28,720 nucleotides of DNA, from positions 1 to 28,720 of IMG/VR virus record IMGVR_UViG_3300021961_005289; one strand, 5' to 3'. How positions within the stretch are numbered: the first letter of the stretch is position 1; every line of letters begins with the position of its first letter. A model generated the notes under the pieces. That model searched no databases. It was not told the DNA's origin and saw only the letters and a list, made by a program, of their open reading frames with translations. Positions 24,700 through 28,720 of the stretch are shown here, piece by piece. Source of the DNA: a virus. Lineage: Duplodnaviria > Caudoviricetes. The translations under genes were made by a program, and so were the position numbers.

Positions 24700-25543
24700 G
24701 AGTATTTTGTTGATTTTGTATTGCGTTAGTATGGGCAACGCAGAACCCAAAGTCTGGTAAGTGTGTCTCGTAGATTGCATACGAAATCTTGCGGTAAGCA
24801 TTCCGAGGCTTAGTCTTCAAAATGTCTACCAACTTCTTATGCAAGCCTTTTTCCTTTTCTAATCTTTCTTCATTTATACACATATAATAACATAATTCTC
24901 TCTCCGCGTCAAGGTCAAAAAGCCATTTTTCTTCAAGTTTCTTCATACTCAAAATTGAAACAGATCGTATCTTGTTGATGTCCTGTGGCTTTGAAACATT
25001 GCCGACATGAGGCTCTGTGTGCTCAAAGTAGTTGAGATAATGCACGCTTGAGAAGATCGTCTCGTTTAGCATATCATAGTAGTTTTTAAGGTTTATGTTT
25101 TCAAGGACTCTCTCGATCATTTCGTTTGAAATTATAGTGAGAGAGCGAAACAAGCCGGAACGTGCGTATTCTTGCAGAATGCCGTATGTGGCGTTTTCTA
25201 CAAGCCTTGGAACACCCGTTAACAACTCAATATCAGGCTTGATGTAAAATACATCCAACTCCTTATCTTTTATTTGTTCAAGGATGCCGAGAGAGTAGAT
25301 AGAACTCATAGATGAACCTACGACAAAGACTTGAACCCGATCTTTTATTTTCTTGAAAAAAGTTTTTAAGTTCGGGACGTTGTTTTCGTATTCTTCTGGT
25401 GTTCCGTAAGTCTCTAACTTGTATTCGTTCTTTTCTGTGCCTTCTAGGCTGCTGCCCAACTTATACGTATCGTATTGAGGCAGAGAGTCAAACCTACTAG
25501 CAATAGCAGACCCAGCGTTACCGATCCCAACTATTGAAATCAT
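24677..25543 (-). CDS. Divergent tubulin/FtsZ-fold protein
   Basis: ISIVGIGNAGSAIA (T1 loop), YIKP, LTIISN..I and a following N-containing helix; the GGGTGSG signature is replaced by VGSSMSS. Confidence 0.7.
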   Translation of the reverse strand: MISIVGIGNAGSAIASRFDSLPQYDTYKLGSSLEGTEKNEYKLETYGTPEEYENNVPNLKTFFKKIKDRVQVFVVGSSMSSIYSLGILEQIKDKELDVFYIKPDIELLTGVPRLVENATYGILQEYARSGLFRSLTIISNEMIERVLENINLKNYYDMLNETIFSSVHYLNYFEHTEPHVGNVSKPQDINKIRSVSILSMKKLEEKWLFDLDAERELCYYMCINEERLEKEKGLHKKLVDILKTKPRNAYRKISYAIYETHLPDFGFCVAHTNAIQNQQNTLDRLEQE

Positions 25544-26724
25544 ACGTTCAGATCCTCTAACTCGTAGTAGTTCTTTCCAGCCTTTAAATTAACCATAAAC
25601 TTGTCGAGTTTGTTTTGAGCAAATACTTCCTTGATCTCTGGTATCATTTCTCTGTCTTCATCTGATAAGTCGATGACCAACTCGTCATGAACGATATGAG
25701 ATATGAAACTCTTCTTACCACTAAGAAGTTTATCTATTGTTACTGCTCTTTCCAAGACTATATCAGATGTCGTGCTTTGAATTAAATAATTTAGTGCTTT
25801 TCTCTGCTCTACTTTTATCTCCCTACCGAGAGGCGTCTTGACGGCTTCTCCATCATAATACTTTTTAAGGACGCCATCCTTATCATACACACCCGTCTTA
25901 ATATCAATGGAGATCGGATCATAAAGCCAAGCAAAGAACCTTGTTTTTGCTTCTTCTCTGCTGGTTCCTGCTTCAAATAGATGATGACAGTTCCAGTCAT
26001 GAACATCAAGTTGTGGCTGGGTTTCACCAGACAAAGCCAACAGCGTTCTAACTTCTGCTCCGTTGTAGTCTAAGGACAAAAACCAGTCGTTGTGGGGATG
26101 GACGATCTTTCGGAGGTCTTTCTTCATCGTCAATATTGGGAAAGAGTCCTTGTTGGTCGTCAAGCGTCCCGTGACTGTGCCGTAGATGTTATAGTCTATG
26201 TAACTGCCGACACTTAAAATTCTCTGCAACTCGTTCCTGTTCATTGTCCGCGTAAACAGTGACTTGCTGTTAGATATATCAATATTCAGCTTCTGGTGCC
26301 TAAGCTTTTGTGTGAGCTTTGCTATATCGCGCATAAACTCATAGTTTTCTGGCTTTTCGTATGTCTCGAACACGTGTTGAGTGATCTTGTTTTTGATCTC
26401 GCAAAACTGGATCAGCGAGTCTTGCGGAATAAGGTCAAAAATGCAGTGCTCGTTGAAGTCGATCTTGGCGATCTGAAATGACTTGTAAAATGCCGACATC
26501 TTGCGCTTGGAACCTTCATATTCCTTTTGCAGGTGCTCTGGGCATACTTCTCCGAGCGATTGACCGCTGCAAATAAGCCAAGCGTAGTCGATATTGTCGT
26601 CAGAAATAAAGCCGCCGGGACGCCACGTGCGATCAAGCCCGTCTGGGATATCTTGGAAGTATAGCCTTCCGTCTTTATATACTCCGACACATTCTGTTTT
26701 ATCATCAAGTGTTTGAAAGTACAT
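25540..26724 (-). CDS. Miniature family-A DNA polymerase (polymerase domain only)
   Basis: TVTGRL, motif A LDYNGAEVR, motif B REEAKTRFFAWLY, TPLGR, NYLIQST, motif C VHDELV; 394 aa. Confidence 0.88.
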   Translation of the reverse strand: MYFQTLDDKTECVGVYKDGRLYFQDIPDGLDRTWRPGGFISDDNIDYAWLICSGQSLGEVCPEHLQKEYEGSKRKMSAFYKSFQIAKIDFNEHCIFDLIPQDSLIQFCEIKNKITQHVFETYEKPENYEFMRDIAKLTQKLRHQKLNIDISNSKSLFTRTMNRNELQRILSVGSYIDYNIYGTVTGRLTTNKDSFPILTMKKDLRKIVHPHNDWFLSLDYNGAEVRTLLALSGETQPQLDVHDWNCHHLFEAGTSREEAKTRFFAWLYDPISIDIKTGVYDKDGVLKKYYDGEAVKTPLGREIKVEQRKALNYLIQSTTSDIVLERAVTIDKLLSGKKSFISHIVHDELVIDLSDEDREMIPEIKEVFAQNKLDKFMVNLKAGKNYYELEDLNV

Positions 26725-27931
26725 TTACCCTCTCTTGTTCTGATACTTTAACACGATAGATCAAGTCTGTCAAGGAACCGCTGTTATTATACGTCTCGGC
26801 TATCAGTTTTTCAAAAATATTGACAACTCTGCTTTCAGGCACGTTTCGAAGCATCTGCTCGCAATCTCTTTGAAGATGTTCTTTTTGCATTTGGTCGAGA
26901 TTCACTTCTCTCTCTTCCATAAGTCTAATTTTCATATATAATTTAAAGAAATCTGCTTTGGTGAAGTTTTCCATCAAAGTTTCTGTTGTGTAGTTAAACG
27001 GTCTGACCACTTTAGTTATTGTTGAGCCATTTTGGCAGTATTCTCTAACAACATAATCGCTTTTAGTCGCATTGTACAGTTCAAGAAACAAATTAACAAA
27101 GTTTTCATAAAATGTCACATACGCTGGAGCATAGCAAAAAGATAAAACTGAGTCCGTGCTCAAGTGACTGTATCGTCTGGCATATTGAATCATCTCTGGT
27201 GAGCCGAGATCTGCCACAAGACGCCACGGGTTATTTGAATCGACCGAAAAACCGTAACTTCTACAAGCATTTAGGTAAAACTCCCAGTTTGGGCTATTTT
27301 TGAACCTGTTAACTTTCTGTTCGTCATTTGTAGAGTCCAAAGAGGCAATATTTATAACTAACCCGGTTGCTTCCATCGTGCATAAGCGGCTTTTTACGAA
27401 AGCAGGATAAGAAAACGGGCCTATGTCGGTTATCTCTTTCAATATTGTTTCGAAATGAGCCATAAATTCTTGGAAGTTCTTAAATCTATATTCGCGACCC
27501 TGAAACGTTTCTGTTATAAAACTCTTTACGCTTCTAAAATAGCCGGTGTATTGCTTACGCGGACTATCATACGCCTTTTTAACCTCTAGTCTTGTCAAAT
27601 ATTGGTCATTAGCGGAGATTTGACCAGCCATAACCTTTTTTCTGAACTGTGCATTCAGATCATTGAAAGCATCGGCAACAAAATTTAATGCCTGAAAACC
27701 ATTAGCGTCACTTTGGTTGGTTACCGGCAAGCCCTTAAGCGATGTTGCGTTTAAATTAAGCTCAATTGGGATATAATTGCGACTTACTCTCCCATAAAGA
27801 TATTTTTCAGCAAATAAGAAGTTTACTAAATTTCTATAATTCGGATCAGTCATCTCATCAACGTAGATTAGCCTTTTGTCGAAGAGATCTTCGATACTTT
27901 CGTTATTACTATTTTTAAAAAAAACTGACAT
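26705..27931 (-). CDS. Hypothetical protein
   Basis: 408-aa ORF, co-oriented, no motif recognised. Confidence 0.75.
   Translation of the reverse strand: MSVFFKNSNNESIEDLFDKRLIYVDEMTDPNYRNLVNFLFAEKYLYGRVSRNYIPIELNLNATSLKGLPVTNQSDANGFQALNFVADAFNDLNAQFRKKVMAGQISANDQYLTRLEVKKAYDSPRKQYTGYFRSVKSFITETFQGREYRFKNFQEFMAHFETILKEITDIGPFSYPAFVKSRLCTMEATGLVINIASLDSTNDEQKVNRFKNSPNWEFYLNACRSYGFSVDSNNPWRLVADLGSPEMIQYARRYSHLSTDSVLSFCYAPAYVTFYENFVNLFLELYNATKSDYVVREYCQNGSTITKVVRPFNYTTETLMENFTKADFFKLYMKIRLMEEREVNLDQMQKEHLQRDCEQMLRNVPESRVVNIFEKLIAETYNNSGSLTDLIYRVKVSEQERVNVLSNT
26745..26773 (-). promoter_or_regulatory. Sigma70-type promoter for the mini polymerase operon, inside the upstream gene
   Basis: TTGACA-17 nt-TAAAGT with extended TG, then GAGGG and the ATG. 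Confidence 0.7.
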
Positions 27932-27940
27932 TCTTTATTC

Positions 27941-28720
27941 CTACGTTGGCTGCGCGCCAACCTGATCTTCTTCGCTGCCTTGTTGTACTATGTTGCATAC
28001 GGAGTTTGTGCTTTCCACAACACCGCACTTCTTTGTAGAACTGGCAGGTTTTGCTTCCACATCTTTTGTTTGTGTTGGGGCTCCATTTGCTTGAGACATG
28101 GAATGTAGCCATATACCCTGAAGCTGCGTCACCCTTTCACCCTCAGCAATCCTGTGGGCGGCTCTGATAACCATATAGTAGCCGCCTACGCCATAACGAC
28201 TCAATTCGTACCTATTCAGACCTATTTGCTTGTTAGTGCCTTCTAAATTTATTTGTAACTCGGTATCAGGAGCAAAACCTCTTGGATCAACAAAGATAAT
28301 AGTACCGGGATATACACTTGGATACAAGAACATCTCAATGTTTACGTTATACACTTCTCTTAACTGTAGTAAGCCGTCGTAACCTTCTTGCTCATATCTC
28401 AATTCTTTCAACATTGGAGCAGACGTTTTTTCCAATCTTATATTCTTTACAATACCAGACGACTGACCCATAACATAATGCCTAATTCCCTTTTGTCTAT
28501 CTGCCGCTCTATCACCCGTCATCGTGTTAGATGGAGAACTTCTGCCGGCATAATAAACCATCCAATTCGTCTGAAAGTTTTGTCCTAAATTGTTGCCGGC
28601 TTGAGGCTCTGTTCTCGCACCGTGAACTTGAAGAATACTATTATTTATTTGTTGCGAATCTGTATTGTTTCTCGTCGAGGAGACGCACCAAGAGTCAATT
28701 AGTGGCTTGTTTTTCTCAAA
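27941..28720 (-). CDS. C-terminal part of a large protein, possibly baseplate-hub/tail associated (5' end off the window)
   Basis: The frame stays open from 28561 to 28720 on manual translation. YPSVYPGTIIFVD...GGYYMVIRAAHRI resembles gpD/gp27-type hub C-termini. Confidence 0.55.
   Translation of the reverse strand, partial: FEKNKPLIDSWCVSSTRNNTDSQQINNSILQVHGARTEPQAGNNLGQNFQTNWMVYYAGRSSPSNTMTGDRAADRQKGIRHYVMGQSSGIVKNIRLEKTSAPMLKELRYEQEGYDGLLQLREVYNVNIEMFLYPSVYPGTIIFVDPRGFAPDTELQINLEGTNKQIGLNRYELSRYGVGGYYMVIRAAHRIAEGERVTQLQGIWLHSMSQANGAPTQTKDVEAKPASSTKKCGVVESTNSVCNIVQQGSEEDQVGAQPT

Overview
Segment of a large tailed dsDNA bacteriophage genome read in the standard genetic code. Essentially every real gene is on the minus strand and tightly packed. 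It is the replication and nucleotide-metabolism region: DnaE-type polymerase, a miniature family-A polymerase, a stand-alone 5'-3' exonuclease, DnaB/gp41-like helicase, gp32-like SSB, RecA, class II ribonucleotide reductase, dUTPase, UvsE, thioredoxin, three adenine methyltransferases, ClpP, J-domain and GroES proteins, an amidase and a divergent tubulin. Nine sigma70-type promoters can be read directly. A MYXO-CTERM-like surface protein hints at a Myxococcota-like host (inference). The most unusual part is a ~1.6 kb cassette (16685-18303) bounded by a duplicated 55-bp promoter. It carries a tRNA-like structured RNA and what looks like an internally deleted major-capsid-protein paralog, itself flanked by exact 22-bp direct repeats. 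Also notable are a twice-repeated covarying pseudoknot-like motif around 23.5-23.8 kb and a candidate phage restriction-modification pair. All family assignments come from motif recognition by eye; no searches were run.
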